A DNA stretch of 64,000 bases from Nitrospirota bacterium. GTDB taxonomy: Bacteria; Nitrospirota; Nitrospiria; SBBL01; JAADHI01. Shown in pieces: positions 36,499 to 51,497 of the stretch. The notes beneath the pieces are model-generated. The model was not told the DNA's origin, ran no database searches, and worked only from the letters and a program-made list of their open reading frames with translations. Made by a program: the position numbers and the translations under genes. The stretch is taken from NCBI GenBank assembly GCA_029261165.1, contig JAJDBV010000068.1, positions 5 through 64,004 on the forward strand. Direction: 5' to 3'. How positions within the stretch are numbered: the first letter of the stretch is position 1; every line of letters begins with the position of its first letter.

Positions 36499-37551
36499 TC
36501 AGATCCTTTCGTTGCTATCAGGCGGGGAAAACCTTTTTTCAAGTTGAATGATCTTCTCTTCGAGCGCTCTAATCTGACCTCTCAAATCCGGAAGCTTCCG
36601 GAAGGTGGCCTGCGCCTTCAACCAGGCCTTGTGAGAAAAAGGCGGAAAGCCGGAAACCGTCTCCCCGGATGAAATATCCTTGGTGACACCCGACTTTCCT
36701 CCGACGATCACATGATCTCCGATCTTCAAATGACCGGCCACGCCGACTTGTCCCGCCAAGGTCACGTGACGTCCAATTTCTGTGCTGCCCGAAATACCAA
36801 CCTGGGAAACAAGAATGCTATCTTCTCCGATTTGGACGTTGTGGCCAATCTGGACCAGATTATCAACCTTTGTTCCCCTTCCGATCACCGTATTCCCCAT
36901 CGTTGCCCGGTCAACAGTGACATTGGCTCCCAGTTCAACATCGTCCTCCACGATGACACCTCCAAGCTGTGGAACCTTGTGATGCCTCCCCTGGTGCGGA
37001 ACAAAACCGAAACCATCACTCCCAACCACGGTTCCGCAATGGATAATGACGCGTTTTCCGACCTTCACCCCCTCACGGAGGGTCACATTCGGATAGATCA
37101 GGGATTCATCCCCAACCTCGCTCCTTTCCCCCACAAAAGCACCAGGACCAATCCGAACTTGATTTCCGATTTTCACCCCGTCTTCCAGGGTCACAAACGG
37201 GCCGATAGAGACCCCCTCACCAATGACAACCCCTTTTCCCATCGACACCCTTGAATCGATTCCGGCGGCATGACACTGGGCAGGATGAAAATATGCCAGA
37301 AGCTGCGCAAAGGCATAGTAGGGGTTCTCAACCAGGAGAAGAGAAGTCGAAACCTCCTTTATTTCTTTCGGGACAATCAGGGCGGAGGCCTGCGAAGAAG
37401 CAATGCGGGATCGGTACTTGGGATTGGAAATAAAGGTAATATCGCCCGGCATTGCTTCTTCGATAGAAGAAACACCCGTAATATTGAGATGGGGATCGCC
37501 GATAACTTGGCCATCCAGCATCTTCGCAATTTCACTCAGGGATATCTCCAT
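36499..37551 (-). CDS. lpxD: UDP-3-O-acylglucosamine N-acyltransferase
   Basis: N-terminal uridine-binding domain plus a long hexapeptide helix. 350 aa, upstream of fabZ-lpxA. Confidence 0.9.
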   Translation of the reverse strand: MEISLSEIAKMLDGQVIGDPHLNITGVSSIEEAMPGDITFISNPKYRSRIASSQASALIVPKEIKEVSTSLLLVENPYYAFAQLLAYFHPAQCHAAGIDSRVSMGKGVVIGEGVSIGPFVTLEDGVKIGNQVRIGPGAFVGERSEVGDESLIYPNVTLREGVKVGKRVIIHCGTVVGSDGFGFVPHQGRHHKVPQLGGVIVEDDVELGANVTVDRATMGNTVIGRGTKVDNLVQIGHNVQIGEDSILVSQVGISGSTEIGRHVTLAGQVGVAGHLKIGDHVIVGGKSGVTKDISSGETVSGFPPFSHKAWLKAQATFRKLPDLRGQIRALEEKIIQLEKRFSPPDSNERI

Positions 37552-37593
37552 CGTCTCTTTCCATCTTAGCCGAGAAAAGGGGACCTGTCCGGC

Positions 37594-38133
37594 CTACTTT
37601 TTGCTCTTGCTGTCGAGTCGTTCCATTACCTGTGCTGTAATATCATGCGATTCTTTGGAAAAAAGAACCGACCCGCCCTCATTGTCTTTATCAAGTACCA
37701 TGAGATATCCATTCTTTTCCGCAATTTCCCTAACCGCCTGCTCCAGTTTTTTGTTAAACTTTCTGAGCGACTCGATTTTCTTGTCCTGCACCTCCTTATT
37801 CAGCTCCCTGGCCTTTTTCTGGTATTCGACCAGCTTCCCCTGGAACTCCGTCTGCTTCATTCTTTTGGCCTCCGGGGAAAGGAGTGAACCTTGCCGGGAT
37901 AATTCTTCTTCAAGTTGCCTCAACTCTTTCTCTTCGAGTTCAATCACTTTTTGACGCGTAAGGACATACTCTTCCATTTTTTCCTGGACAAGCTTTCCCT
38001 CTTTTGAGCTTTCCAATACCTTTTGAGCATTCACAAAACCAATCTTTTCCGAATCAGCCCTAGCCACCGCAGACTGAAGTGAAAACAAAACAACGATCAA
38101 ATAAAGTAATTTCTTTCTCATCAATTCCTCCAA
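37594..38133 (-). CDS. skp: OmpH/Skp periplasmic chaperone
   Basis: Signal peptide, Lys/Glu-rich coiled-coil, 179 aa, located between bamA and lpxD. Confidence 0.8.
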   Translation of the reverse strand: MEELMRKKLLYLIVVLFSLQSAVARADSEKIGFVNAQKVLESSKEGKLVQEKMEEYVLTRQKVIELEEKELRQLEEELSRQGSLLSPEAKRMKQTEFQGKLVEYQKKARELNKEVQDKKIESLRKFNKKLEQAVREIAEKNGYLMVLDKDNEGGSVLFSKESHDITAQVMERLDSKSKK

Positions 38134-38240
38134 AATTCAAACAAAATCTCTCTTGTGAAAAAACCAACAACCCACGGCCCCGGACATTTTATAACAGCAC
38201 CATGCGTTGCCCCAACCTTTTCTCTTTCCTGTTCGGAGCG

Positions 38241-40541
38241 CTAAAAAAGCGTCCCAATTGAAAATTCTACCGTCCGGGAAGGCTCGTCCGGTTTAGGACT
38301 TAGATTCTTGCCCCACTCCAGACGGAGCGGACCCACGGGGGAGATCCATCGGATCCCAAAACCCGCAGCTTCCCTCATACCCGAAGCGCGGATCAACTCA
38401 TCATCGTCAAAAGCAGCCCCATAATCATAAAAAAGAAGGGCTTTAATTCGTGCCTCTTTTACAAGAGGAATCAGGTACTCAATGTTGAAGAAAAGTTCCT
38501 TATTCCCCCCCAAAACCTCTCCAAACCCTGAGTCGACGGGTCCGGCCTTCCCAAATTTAAACCCACGAACGGTGTTGATCCCCCCAACAAAAAACCGCTC
38601 TCCCACAGGGAGCACTTTTCCCTCTATCCCACTCGCATACCCTATACGGCCATGGAGAGAAAAGATATGATCCCACCAGACGGGGAAAAATCGGCTTGAG
38701 TCTCCAATGATTTTAAGATAGGCATTGTCTCCGCCCAGAAAGGTTCCGGCATATTCCACGGTCAATGAATTCCGTGCGCCGCTTTTCGGATCAAAGGCGA
38801 AGTCCCGCGTATCACGCGTCAGAGACAACCCGATCGCACTTGTCAGGGTTTTCCCCAGCGCGGCCTGCTCTTGAACCTGTAAGGGAACGACCGGGTCGAT
38901 CGCACCACTGGGAAGAAGTTGCAAATCTGAGACCTGCAATTGTTCTGCAGTGTAACTTATACTCGACCTGACATATTCTCCAAACGATCGACCCAGGATA
39001 AGATTCCCGCCAACCCGCTTCTCTCGGTAAGGACCCAAGCTGCTCCTTTCCTGGTTGAAGAGGTCGATTGTTCCTGAGATATCCCGATCAAAGAGATAAG
39101 GCTCACGGAAGGTCAAGCGGTAGGTGGTCCTTCGCTTTCCCGTATCAACCTTAACCCGCACAAGCTGTCCCTTGCCTAAAAAGTTTCCCATCGTCACATC
39201 CATTGTGGCGATGAAGCGGTCCACCGAGCTGTACCCCCCCCCCACACTGAATGTCCCTGTTGGCTTCTCTTTCACAGTAACGTCAAGATCTACCCAACCC
39301 GGTTCGATCTGTTTTGGAACAATTTCGACATTCTCAAAGAAGTTTAAATTTTGAAGCCGCTGAAAACTCCGCCTTAACAGCTTGGTATTGACCATCTCTT
39401 GCTCGTTGACCCGAATCTCTCTCCGTATGACTTTATCGCGGGTTTTACTATTTCCAGAAACATGGATCTCCCGGACCTTTGCGCGGTCTCCTTCGGTCAC
39501 CCTGAAAACAATATCAACGATATTCTCCTCTTGTCGGGCGTTTAGACGCGGGACAACATTTGCATAGATATAGCCTTCCTCACCATAGAGATCGACCATG
39601 CCCATGATGTCCCGGCGAAGCTGGCCCCGATTAAAAACTTCTCCCTCCTTTGTCATCGTTTTTTCAATCAAGTCAGGCTTCTCAAATACAGTACTTCCTT
39701 CATATTGGATATCACCAACTTTAAACTGCTCCCCTTCGGCGACCGGGAGGACAATGTCAAACCACTCATTATCATCGCTCAAAACAACCTGAGGCTCATT
39801 CACTTGCACCTGAAGATAACCATGATTCGAGTAATATTCTCGAATCCGCTCCACATCAGCCTCGAGGGATTCCTTCTTATAACGCCCTGATTCCGTCAAC
39901 CAGGAAGTGAGCCAAAAGTAACTTGACGATTCCATCACTTTCTTCAAAACCTTGCCCTTAAAGGCCTTGTTGCCTTCAAACCGAATCTCCCGGATATAGG
40001 CCTGCTCCCCTTCCTCGATAAGAAAGGTCAGGACGACCTGATTGTTTGCTAAAAGCTGTGTAACCGGGATGACCGTCGCGTTATAATAAGCCTCCGATTC
40101 ATAAAGACCCTTCATCTTCCGGACGTAGGACCGAATCGTCTTCGCGTCGATGAAGGTCTCGGTTCGAATAGGGACTTTTTCTTTAAGCTGTGCCTGATCA
40201 ATGTTCTCATTCCCCTCATAAACAACATCGATCAGAAATGGTTTTTCATGGACGATGAAGAAGAGGGCGATGCCCCCTTCAAGTCCCTCCGACTCGACCT
40301 TGACACGATCGAAGAATCCCATCCTATAGATGCGGTCCACATCTTTCTTCACCTCTTCCGGAGAGAAAAAATCCCCTTCCTGAAGAGATAGCCTGGACAG
40401 GATCGTTGCCCTGTCAATCTTATCATTTCCACGCACCTCAATCAGCTTGATTTGTATCGCTTTTTCCTGCGCGAAGGCAATCGCAGAAAAGGTCGCACCG
40501 ATGAAGAGAATCAGAAAAAAAGAGTTAAAATACTTCGTCAA
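38241..40541 (-). CDS. bamA: Outer membrane protein assembly factor BamA
   Basis: 766 aa with POTRA repeats (I..I.V.GN......I) and a C-terminal barrel ending ...VEFSIGTLF. TTG start with GGAGGAAGG upstream. Confidence 0.9.
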   Translation of the reverse strand: MTKYFNSFFLILFIGATFSAIAFAQEKAIQIKLIEVRGNDKIDRATILSRLSLQEGDFFSPEEVKKDVDRIYRMGFFDRVKVESEGLEGGIALFFIVHEKPFLIDVVYEGNENIDQAQLKEKVPIRTETFIDAKTIRSYVRKMKGLYESEAYYNATVIPVTQLLANNQVVLTFLIEEGEQAYIREIRFEGNKAFKGKVLKKVMESSSYFWLTSWLTESGRYKKESLEADVERIREYYSNHGYLQVQVNEPQVVLSDDNEWFDIVLPVAEGEQFKVGDIQYEGSTVFEKPDLIEKTMTKEGEVFNRGQLRRDIMGMVDLYGEEGYIYANVVPRLNARQEENIVDIVFRVTEGDRAKVREIHVSGNSKTRDKVIRREIRVNEQEMVNTKLLRRSFQRLQNLNFFENVEIVPKQIEPGWVDLDVTVKEKPTGTFSVGGGYSSVDRFIATMDVTMGNFLGKGQLVRVKVDTGKRRTTYRLTFREPYLFDRDISGTIDLFNQERSSLGPYREKRVGGNLILGRSFGEYVRSSISYTAEQLQVSDLQLLPSGAIDPVVPLQVQEQAALGKTLTSAIGLSLTRDTRDFAFDPKSGARNSLTVEYAGTFLGGDNAYLKIIGDSSRFFPVWWDHIFSLHGRIGYASGIEGKVLPVGERFFVGGINTVRGFKFGKAGPVDSGFGEVLGGNKELFFNIEYLIPLVKEARIKALLFYDYGAAFDDDELIRASGMREAAGFGIRWISPVGPLRLEWGKNLSPKPDEPSRTVEFSIGTLF

Positions 40542-40767
40542 GGGGACAGCCTTCCTCCAAACTCAAAATCTTTACATGCTATCATTTTGTAAGGTTTTTG
40601 TAAATATAAATTGCATCCCCAGGACCCGCAGGGGAACCCCGGAAATAAACCTTCAAGTAGATTAAGAAACTAGAAAAACAAAGAACGGAAGGAAAAGTCT
40701 CAACCTACAGGAGAATCCTGCCAAAAAGGAGGGAGATTCTACTCGTTATGAGTGTCCAGGGATACGT

Positions 40768-42018
40768 TTACTTTTTCTGGAATTTTTGACGGGGGACTCT
40801 TCCCTTCCCCGTGGAGGCAGGAGGCGATTTGAACGATTTCCTTTTGTGGCGAACTGGTTTTGGGCGGATAAAGAGGTCATCCTCTGCCCATCCCACCGGG
40901 ATTTTATGTCCGATATATGCTTCAATCTCTTCGAGGCCCATCACATATTCCTCATCCGCCAGGCAAATCGCCTTCCCCCTCGCGCCCGCCCGCGCTGTTC
41001 GTCCGATCCGGTGGACGTAGGCCTCTCGATCCTGAGGGAGATCATAATTGAATACAAGATCGACACCTTCGATGTGTAGACCTCTTGACGCAACATCTGT
41101 AGCAACCAGAATAGAAACCTCTCGCAGCTTGAAACGCTCCAAGGCACGCATCCGCTGTTTTTGAGGAAGATCACCCGTGATCGCCTTTGCCTGATAACCT
41201 TGCGCACTCAACCTTTCAGAAAGAGTCTCACCCTGATGCTTTGTATTCACAAAAATCAACACCCGCTCCCATTCCTCTTTCTTCAGAAGGCCGAGGAGCA
41301 GCGAAAACTTCGCGGAACGCTCAACATGAAAAAGGATCTGCTCGACCTTTTCAGCGGTGACCTGCTCTGGAGTCACCGCAATCTTCACCGGATTATTCAT
41401 ATGCTCATAGGCCATTTCCATCACCCGATGCGTCAGGGTTGCGGAAAAGAGCATCGACTGGCGGCGATTGTAAGGCGGGAGACGGCGCATTAAAAAGCGG
41501 AGGTCAGCAATAAACCCCATATCAAACATCCGATCGGCCTCATCAATCACCATGACCTCGGCCTGCTTCAAGGTGTAGACCTTCTGTTTGAAGTAGTCAA
41601 TAAGCCGGCCCGGTGTCCCGATAAGGAGGTCCACCCCTTCGCTCAATTCTAATCGTTGTTTTTGATAATCGACCCCTCCATAGACTGCCAGGATTTTGAA
41701 TGGGGTTCCCACCCCAAGCGCCTTCGCTTCTTCCATGATCTGGACCACCAGCTCTCTTGTCGGGGCAATGACAATTGCTCTGGGAGATGAAACCTTGGGA
41801 CGAGGAGGTGGGGCGACATTCAAAAGACGTGTAAACAAAGCGATCAAAAAAGCGCCGGTTTTACCGGTCCCGGTTTGGGCCTGTCCGGCAACGTCTCTCC
41901 CGGCCAATGTAAGAGGAAGGGTTTCCTCCTGAATCGGTGTGCAGACTTTAAAACCAAGATTTTCAATCCCCGTAAGAACAGCCGGGGGAATTGGTAACAT
42001 TCGAAATTCGGTTGACAT
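40768..42018 (-). CDS. DEAD-box ATP-dependent RNA helicase
   Basis: Q motif, AQTGTGKT, DEAD (VIDEADRM), SAT, HRIGRTARAG. Confidence 0.85.
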   Translation of the reverse strand: MSTEFRMLPIPPAVLTGIENLGFKVCTPIQEETLPLTLAGRDVAGQAQTGTGKTGAFLIALFTRLLNVAPPPRPKVSSPRAIVIAPTRELVVQIMEEAKALGVGTPFKILAVYGGVDYQKQRLELSEGVDLLIGTPGRLIDYFKQKVYTLKQAEVMVIDEADRMFDMGFIADLRFLMRRLPPYNRRQSMLFSATLTHRVMEMAYEHMNNPVKIAVTPEQVTAEKVEQILFHVERSAKFSLLLGLLKKEEWERVLIFVNTKHQGETLSERLSAQGYQAKAITGDLPQKQRMRALERFKLREVSILVATDVASRGLHIEGVDLVFNYDLPQDREAYVHRIGRTARAGARGKAICLADEEYVMGLEEIEAYIGHKIPVGWAEDDLFIRPKPVRHKRKSFKSPPASTGKGRVPRQKFQKK

Positions 42019-42173
42019 ATAGAGCCATAGTACTCGGCAGCAGCTTGAAAAGCAAGTTTATCTCTGGATCATATTGTTGATCAGATTTCCAAGCGGGATG
42101 TTCCGCGACTTATCAGCGTGCAGAATACCTCTATTTTATGGTAAAATTTGCTTCCTAATCGGGGAAAACGGCC

Positions 42174-42449
42174 ATGCGGCTTGTGATCATTTTATTCATA
42201 TTTGGATTGATCACTGCGATTATTGCGAGAAGTAAGGGTCGGGATTTCCTGCTCTGGTGGTTTTACGGCATCTTCCTCTTCCCCCTCTCACTCATTTACG
42301 CGATCGTTGTCAGGCAAAAAATAGGACCCCTGGAAACGATGCAGCAAAAACAGAGACGCATCAAATGCCCGCACTGTGCTGAAATGATCGAGTTGGATGA
42401 AAAGCGATGTCGATCTTGCGGTCGCAAAATCGACATCATTGATGTATAA
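42174..42449 (+). CDS. Small membrane protein with C-terminal zinc ribbon (hypothetical)
   Basis: Two predicted TM helices, then CPHCAEMIELDEKRCRSCGRKI. An extended -10-like TGgTAAAAT at 42139-42147 lies upstream. Weak Shine-Dalgarno. Confidence 0.5.
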   Translation: MRLVIILFIFGLITAIIARSKGRDFLLWWFYGIFLFPLSLIYAIVVRQKIGPLETMQQKQRRIKCPHCAEMIELDEKRCRSCGRKIDIIDV

Positions 42450-42485
42450 AACATCCTCTCAAGCCAAACGGTCCGTTCTCAGTCA

Positions 42486-43409
42486 TCACTTTATCCGCTC
42501 TTTTTTGATTGCATCGGCAACACGGACCACACGCACAAGTGTGGAGATGTCGTGAACCCTCAGAATATGCGCACCCTGGAAAACAGAAATGGCGGCCGCA
42601 GCAGCAGTGCCCTCCAGTCGTTCTGACGGAGGGAGGTTCAGGACTTCCCCGATAAAAGATTTACGCGAAGGACCCACCAGAACCGGGACACCCAGTGCGG
42701 AAAGCGAACCAAGGTGATTTATAATTTTCAAGTTATGCTTGACGGTCTTACCAAACCCGATTCCTGGATCAATCGCTATCCTGTTTCGTGGAATACGGTA
42801 ACCTGAAGCCTTAGTGATCTGCCCACTCAAAAATTTATGGATCTCACCGATCAGATTGTGATAACGCGGATGGCGCTGCATGGTTCTTGGCCTTCCTTTT
42901 GAGTGCATGATCACCAGGCCGACGCGCCGCATCGCCGCGAGGGGAAACATCTCCGGGTCATAGGTAAAACCACTGACATCATTCACAATCGAAGCCCCGG
43001 CATCAATCGCGCGTGAGGCCAGTGCAGCTTTCGTGGTATCAATTGAAAGCGGAATCCGGAGCCGCCCCGCAAGCCCTTCTATGACTGGAAGAACCCGCCG
43101 ACACTCCTCTTCAAGATCAACAGACAAAGAACCCGGACGCGTCGATTCTCCCCCGATATCGATAATGTCAGCGCCTTCTTCCTCCATCTGTACGGCTCGG
43201 TCAAGCGCTTTTGATCGGCTTAGAAAAAGGCCGCCATCTGAAAAAGAATCCGGAGTCACATTCAGGATTCCCATGATAAGCGGGCGTTTCCCGTAGTTTA
43301 AACGGTATTTTCCACAGTGCCACCGGCCGGAAGCTTTCATGCGAGTAAAAGATGAAGAGGCCCCTTCTTGAGAAGGGGCCTCTTCATCTTCAGACATATC
43401 ATGGCGCAT
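42486..43409 (-). CDS. folP: Dihydropteroate synthase
   Basis: IMGILNVTPDSFSDGG, DIGGESTRPG, SIDT. The N-terminal 23 aa may not be translated (internal ATG at 43340). Confidence 0.9.
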   Translation of the reverse strand: MRHDMSEDEEAPSQEGASSSFTRMKASGRWHCGKYRLNYGKRPLIMGILNVTPDSFSDGGLFLSRSKALDRAVQMEEEGADIIDIGGESTRPGSLSVDLEEECRRVLPVIEGLAGRLRIPLSIDTTKAALASRAIDAGASIVNDVSGFTYDPEMFPLAAMRRVGLVIMHSKGRPRTMQRHPRYHNLIGEIHKFLSGQITKASGYRIPRNRIAIDPGIGFGKTVKHNLKIINHLGSLSALGVPVLVGPSRKSFIGEVLNLPPSERLEGTAAAAAISVFQGAHILRVHDISTLVRVVRVADAIKKERIK

Positions 43410-43426
43410 CTACGAAGGTCTATCGT

Positions 43427-45271
43427 TTAGGCAGGAACAGGAGCCGGGGCGGGGAGCGGCCCGGCAGCAGTTGGCGGCGAAGAAGGAGGATGGACAATCG
43501 TATCAATCTCCTTCGCATCCAGAGACTCTTTCTCCAATAGGGCCTCGGCAAGGGCCTTCAGGGTTTTCATATTCTTCGTGATCAAGTCTTTGGCCCGCTC
43601 ATAATTTTCAGTGATGAGCCGTTTGACCTCTTTATCAATTTTAATAGCAGTATCCTCAGAAAAATCCCTGTGCTGAGAGATCTCCCGTCCTAAAAAGATC
43701 TCCTGCTCCTTCTTTCCGAAGGTGAGCGGGCCCATCTTTTCACTCATACCCCACTCACACACCATTTTTCTTGCCAGATCGGTCGCCCGCTCAATATCGT
43801 TTCCGGCACCGGTCGTGACATTTTTAAAGACCAGTTCTTCCGCAACGCGACCCCCCATCATAATCGCTATATTGTTATAAAGGAACTCCTTATGGTAGCT
43901 ATGGCGGTCATCAGTGGGCAACTGCATCGTCACCCCAAGCGCACGGCCACGGGGAATGATCGTCACCTTATGAATCGGGTCGGTTCCCGGTAAAAGCTTC
44001 GCCACCAGCGTATGTCCGGCTTCATGATAAGCAGTCGTCTTTTTTTCATCTTCCGTGATCGACATGCTTTTGCGTTCGACCCCCATCAGGACCTTGTCCT
44101 TCGCAGCCTCAATATCGACCATTTCAACCGTCTTTTTATTGTGACGGGCGGCCAACAGCGCCGCTTCATTGACGAGGTTCTCAAGATCAGCCCCTGCAAA
44201 TCCAGGCGTCCCCCTTGCGATGAGTTTGAGCTCAACATTCTTATCGATCGGAATCTTCCGGGTATGGACCTTCAAGATCTCAAGCCTTCCCCTCAGATCG
44301 GGGCGGCCAACCGTGATCTGACGGTCAAACCGGCCAGGCCGTAAGAGTGCCGGGTCAAGAACATCAGGGCGGTTTGTGGCCGCAATCAGGATCACCCCTT
44401 CGGTTGTTTCAAAACCGTCCATCTCAACCAACAGTTGGTTCAGGGTTTGCTCTCGTTCATCGTGTCCACCACCTAATCCGGCCCCTCTATGACGTCCTAC
44501 CGCATCAATTTCATCTATAAAGATGATACACGGGGCATGTTTCTTTCCTTGCTCAAAAAGATCCCGGACCCGAGAGGCCCCGACCCCCACAAACATCTCA
44601 ACAAAATCGGAACCCGAGATGGAGAAAAAGGGAGCACCGGCCTCTCCGGCAATCGCCTTGGCCAACAGCGTCTTCCCCGTTCCGGGAGGGCCGATAATCA
44701 ATACGCCCTTCGGGATCCGACCACCCAGTTTCTGAAATTTTGGAGGGTCCTTCAAGAACTCAATAATCTCTTCCACCTCGGCTTTGGCTTCCTCAATTCC
44801 GGCAACATCCGCAAAGGTGACCTTCTTTTTTTCTTCAGAGAGTAGATGTGCCCGACTCTTCCCGAACGACATGGCCTTGTTTCCACCCATCTGCATTTGA
44901 CGCATAAAAAAGATCCATAGACCAATGAAGAGAATAAAGGGCCCCCATGTCATCAGGAAAGTCATGTACCAGGGTGGAAGTTCCGGCGGCTTTGCCGCGA
45001 TCCTGACATCTTCCTTCCGGAGGATCGAGACCAGATCAGGAAAATCGGTCATATAGGTTTTAAACTTGGTCCCATCTTTTAGGATTCCGCTGATGTAACT
45101 CTCCGTAATCGTAACTTCGGAGACTTCACTCTTTTCCACTTTCGACATAAAATCAGAAAAAATGATCTCATCTTCTATCGGCCGGGAAGCCGTATTGAAG
45201 AGGTTAAAAAGCAGGATCATAAAAAGACCTACAACGATCCACAGGGCCAGATTTTTCACACGAGGGTTCAT
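43427..45271 (-). CDS. ftsH: ATP-dependent zinc metalloprotease FtsH
   Basis: Two TM helices, AAA Walker [17 protein letters not shown] zinc site. Confidence 0.95.
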   Translation of the reverse strand: MNPRVKNLALWIVVGLFMILLFNLFNTASRPIEDEIIFSDFMSKVEKSEVSEVTITESYISGILKDGTKFKTYMTDFPDLVSILRKEDVRIAAKPPELPPWYMTFLMTWGPFILFIGLWIFFMRQMQMGGNKAMSFGKSRAHLLSEEKKKVTFADVAGIEEAKAEVEEIIEFLKDPPKFQKLGGRIPKGVLIIGPPGTGKTLLAKAIAGEAGAPFFSISGSDFVEMFVGVGASRVRDLFEQGKKHAPCIIFIDEIDAVGRHRGAGLGGGHDEREQTLNQLLVEMDGFETTEGVILIAATNRPDVLDPALLRPGRFDRQITVGRPDLRGRLEILKVHTRKIPIDKNVELKLIARGTPGFAGADLENLVNEAALLAARHNKKTVEMVDIEAAKDKVLMGVERKSMSITEDEKKTTAYHEAGHTLVAKLLPGTDPIHKVTIIPRGRALGVTMQLPTDDRHSYHKEFLYNNIAIMMGGRVAEELVFKNVTTGAGNDIERATDLARKMVCEWGMSEKMGPLTFGKKEQEIFLGREISQHRDFSEDTAIKIDKEVKRLITENYERAKDLITKNMKTLKALAEALLEKESLDAKEIDTIVHPPSSPPTAAGPLPAPAPVPA

Positions 45272-45476
45272 CTAAAATCCTCCCAAAAGCATTAAAACTG
45301 CCTGTATGTTACCATATTTCCTTTGGGCTTGACAATCAAATGAATCGAGAAAACCCAAAGCTTATCCAGTCCGATTTTCCTTACACCCACACTTTTCCGA
45401 GAAGTTGGGGGGAGGACAGCACCTCCACCTACTCAATATAAGCAATCCATCAAGCAATTTCAAGAACGGGCCTGCT

Positions 45477-45501
45477 CCCAAGATCAACCGCTGATCTTGG
45501 G
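45477..45501. other. Perfect 10-bp stem-loop in the hpt-ftsH intergenic region
   Basis: CCCAAGATCA-accgc-TGATCTTGGG. No U-tract on the minus strand, so terminator function is unproven. Confidence 0.4.
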
Positions 45502-45579
45502 CCAATATCCGTTTTCACTTTTATTTTAGATCTTCCCCCGCTCTTGCAGCACCCGGGACAAAGTAAGACACCTGAATCA

Positions 45580-46131
45580 TCATGGTTTTTTGGCACGTTC
45601 GCTTATTTTATCCAAGACCGCGATATAGGGGAGGTTGCGGTATTTATCTTCAAAATCAAGCCCATAACCAACAACAAACTGATCTGGGAGAGAGAACCCG
45701 ATATAATCAATGGCCACATCTACTTCCCGCCCTTTAGGCTTATCCAGCAAGGTACAGCACTTGATCGATCTTGGCTTCCGTTCAATCATTTTCTTCTTCA
45801 AAAAGGTCAGCGTTTCCCCTGAATCAACAATATCTTCAACCAGCAGAACATCCTGACCCGACAAGTCCTTTGCGATATCTGAGATAATTTTTACCCTTCC
45901 AGGGCTTCTCCCTTTTGCCTTGGCGCGTGAGACGATGAGAAAATCAACATGCAGGGGAAGTCGGACGGCTCGCGTAAGATCAGAAAAAAAAGCAAAAGCC
46001 CCTTTTAGGACACCGACCATCAGAAGATCCTTATCGGCGTAATCTTCCGTGATCTGCTGGCCAAGTATTTTAATTCGCTTCCGCATCTCTTCCTTCGTAA
46101 TAATGGGCTTGCCAAAGATCTTCCCTCTCAT
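45580..46131 (-). CDS. hpt: Hypoxanthine(-guanine) phosphoribosyltransferase
   Basis: PRPP loop VLLVEDIVDSGETL. 183 aa. tilS-hpt-ftsH order. Confidence 0.9.
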   Translation of the reverse strand: MRGKIFGKPIITKEEMRKRIKILGQQITEDYADKDLLMVGVLKGAFAFFSDLTRAVRLPLHVDFLIVSRAKAKGRSPGRVKIISDIAKDLSGQDVLLVEDIVDSGETLTFLKKKMIERKPRSIKCCTLLDKPKGREVDVAIDYIGFSLPDQFVVGYGLDFEDKYRNLPYIAVLDKISERAKKP

Positions 46132-47668
46132 TCACGCTCCTTTAAAAAGGTATTCGCACCATCCTGATTAATCTTTTGAACTTCCACAACCAAGGTTCTT
46201 TTTGTCTGATGGGTCGGCTGAAACCGCTCATCTGTTCGGAGCCCAATCACCCATAAAATTCCATATTCGCAGACAAGAAGGGGCCTGCGACCTCTCTCCG
46301 ATCTCTCGATCTTGGCATCTACAAAGAGATCCTGCAACTTTTTATGGTGGCCCTTCATTCCCCTTGGGATAAAACAATCCCCCAGCTTCCATCCCCTAAT
46401 GGATAAAGGAAAGGAAATTTTATCAAAATCAAAAGAAGCGATGCAAGAAGAAAACGAATGACGGACGCCTTGATGCACTGAAATACGCACTATTCGTTCC
46501 CAATCAGTGAGCTCAACCGTCATCTTCGCCCCGCGGGGTGAGACCTCAGCAAGCACCGCCTCTTTTCGAGATAAGTCGTTACCTGATTCGATAAACCGCC
46601 CCTCGACAGACAAACCCTTCACGCGACGTACAGCAGGAGACGTCATCCGCTCCAGATGGAGGGTAGAATATTCTTTTTTTACCCGAATGGAATGCGGAAG
46701 ATAAAAATATTTTCCCGTTTGACCGGGAACAATTCGATTCAGAATTATTTCAATATGGTGAAAGCCGACGCCCCGCAATCCGGGATGCAAGCGCTCGATC
46801 CCCCATCGGAGAACCCGTCTTTGCAATGCCAGATGTAGGGACTGGAAGGGCTTCAGGTCAATAGCAACGGAACCATCCTCCGTGTTAATAATCCCGGAGA
46901 CTGTTTCCCTGAGCGTTTGCTCAATAAAGTCATCTTCCTCCCGAAGGAGGTCCGCTTCCTGGCAAAAGGCCTTTTTGACACTAGGGTTGTACTGCTCCAG
47001 GACAGGAAATAGCGCGTGGCGAACCCGATTGCGAAGATAAGCTGAATCCTGATTGGATGAATCTTCTACATAAGAAATCTTCTCTTTTTCCAGCTCCCCT
47101 AGGATCTCTTCCCGGCTGAGGTTTAGGAGAGGCCGAATGAGCCACGCTACTCCCGCCCCTAGTCCCGTCACCTTCCTCATTTCAGGAATCCCCTTCAGGC
47201 CTCGCATCCCCGTCCCTCTTATAATACGCATCAGGAAAGTTTCCGCCTGATCATCCGCAGTATGCCCCAGAGCGATCCAGGATGCTCCAATCTTATCGGC
47301 GACCTCTCTTAAAAACTGGTATCGAACCGCTCTTGCCTTCTCTTGTTTAGAAAGGCCTTTGTCGCTGCAAACTTGCATGACGGATCGACTGGAAGAGGTG
47401 ATTGGAATCCCCCAGGAACGGGCAAGACCCACAACAAAATCGGCCTCCGCTTTCGCTTCGGGCCGGAAGCCATGATTCAAATGGGCCACATGGAGGGACA
47501 AAGATAAACTCAGGGCATAGTGCTTAAACAGGTGGAGGAGGCAAACCGAATCACAGCCCCCTGAAACGGCAACGACCACCTTATCCCCTGATTTAAAAGG
47601 AGTCCGCTTGATCGAACGCATCCATTTCTCATGGGTCGGGTTCGTAAATCGGTTTGAACGCATTGAGG

Positions 47669-47672
<4 letters not shown>
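46128..47672 (-). CDS. tilS: tRNA(Ile)-lysidine synthase
   Basis: PP-loop VAVSGGCDSVCL, LGHTADDQAETFLMR, and a long C-terminal tRNA-binding region. 514 aa. Confidence 0.85.
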
Positions 47673-51221
<3,549 letters not shown>

Positions 51222-51497
51222 CAGCCATACACATATGCCCTCACAAGATATCGGTCATCTTCGGGACTTCAAAGAAAAAACATGATGGCGGAATGAGCCA
51301 ATTCTACACGGAACGATTCCTGTCTACAAGGCAATGCGACCCAAGACTCTCGTTCGGACCTTGGGTCAAGTCTTAAGTCATAGGAATGGAACATCCCAGG
51401 TGATACTGAAAGAGAGGATCACTCTGAAGTAAGTGGAAGATATAAACAGGCTTCGGAGATTATCGTCAGGCGCGACAGAAAAAGGATCGACACCCAT

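Noticed and set aside
40576-45335. Additional sigma70-like promoters: bamA (TTTACA-17-TAGCAT at 40576-40604) and ftsH (TTGTCA-18-TGgTAACAT at 45306-45335).
   Set aside because: They are plausible but match only 4-5 of 6 positions in each hexamer and have no supporting transcript information. I did not list them as features, to avoid over-calling.
3865-45501. A possible family of hairpins sharing the arm CCAAGATC/GATCTTGG (3865-3902 and 45477-45501). A looser relative is CCCAAG...CTTGGG at 51338-51367.
   Set aside because: Only an 8-mer is shared. Any given 8-mer is expected about twice by chance on two strands of 64 kb, and loops and outer stems differ. The hairpins are reported as individual features only.
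51222-51497. A cobalamin or other riboswitch upstream of the cobA/hemD gene. Also a hairpin GACCCAAG-(14 nt)-CTTGGGTC at 51338-51367 as terminator of the upstream gene.
   Set aside because: No B12-box-like GCCACTG or other riboswitch core was seen on the sense strand. The hairpin has a 14-nt loop and no U-tract.
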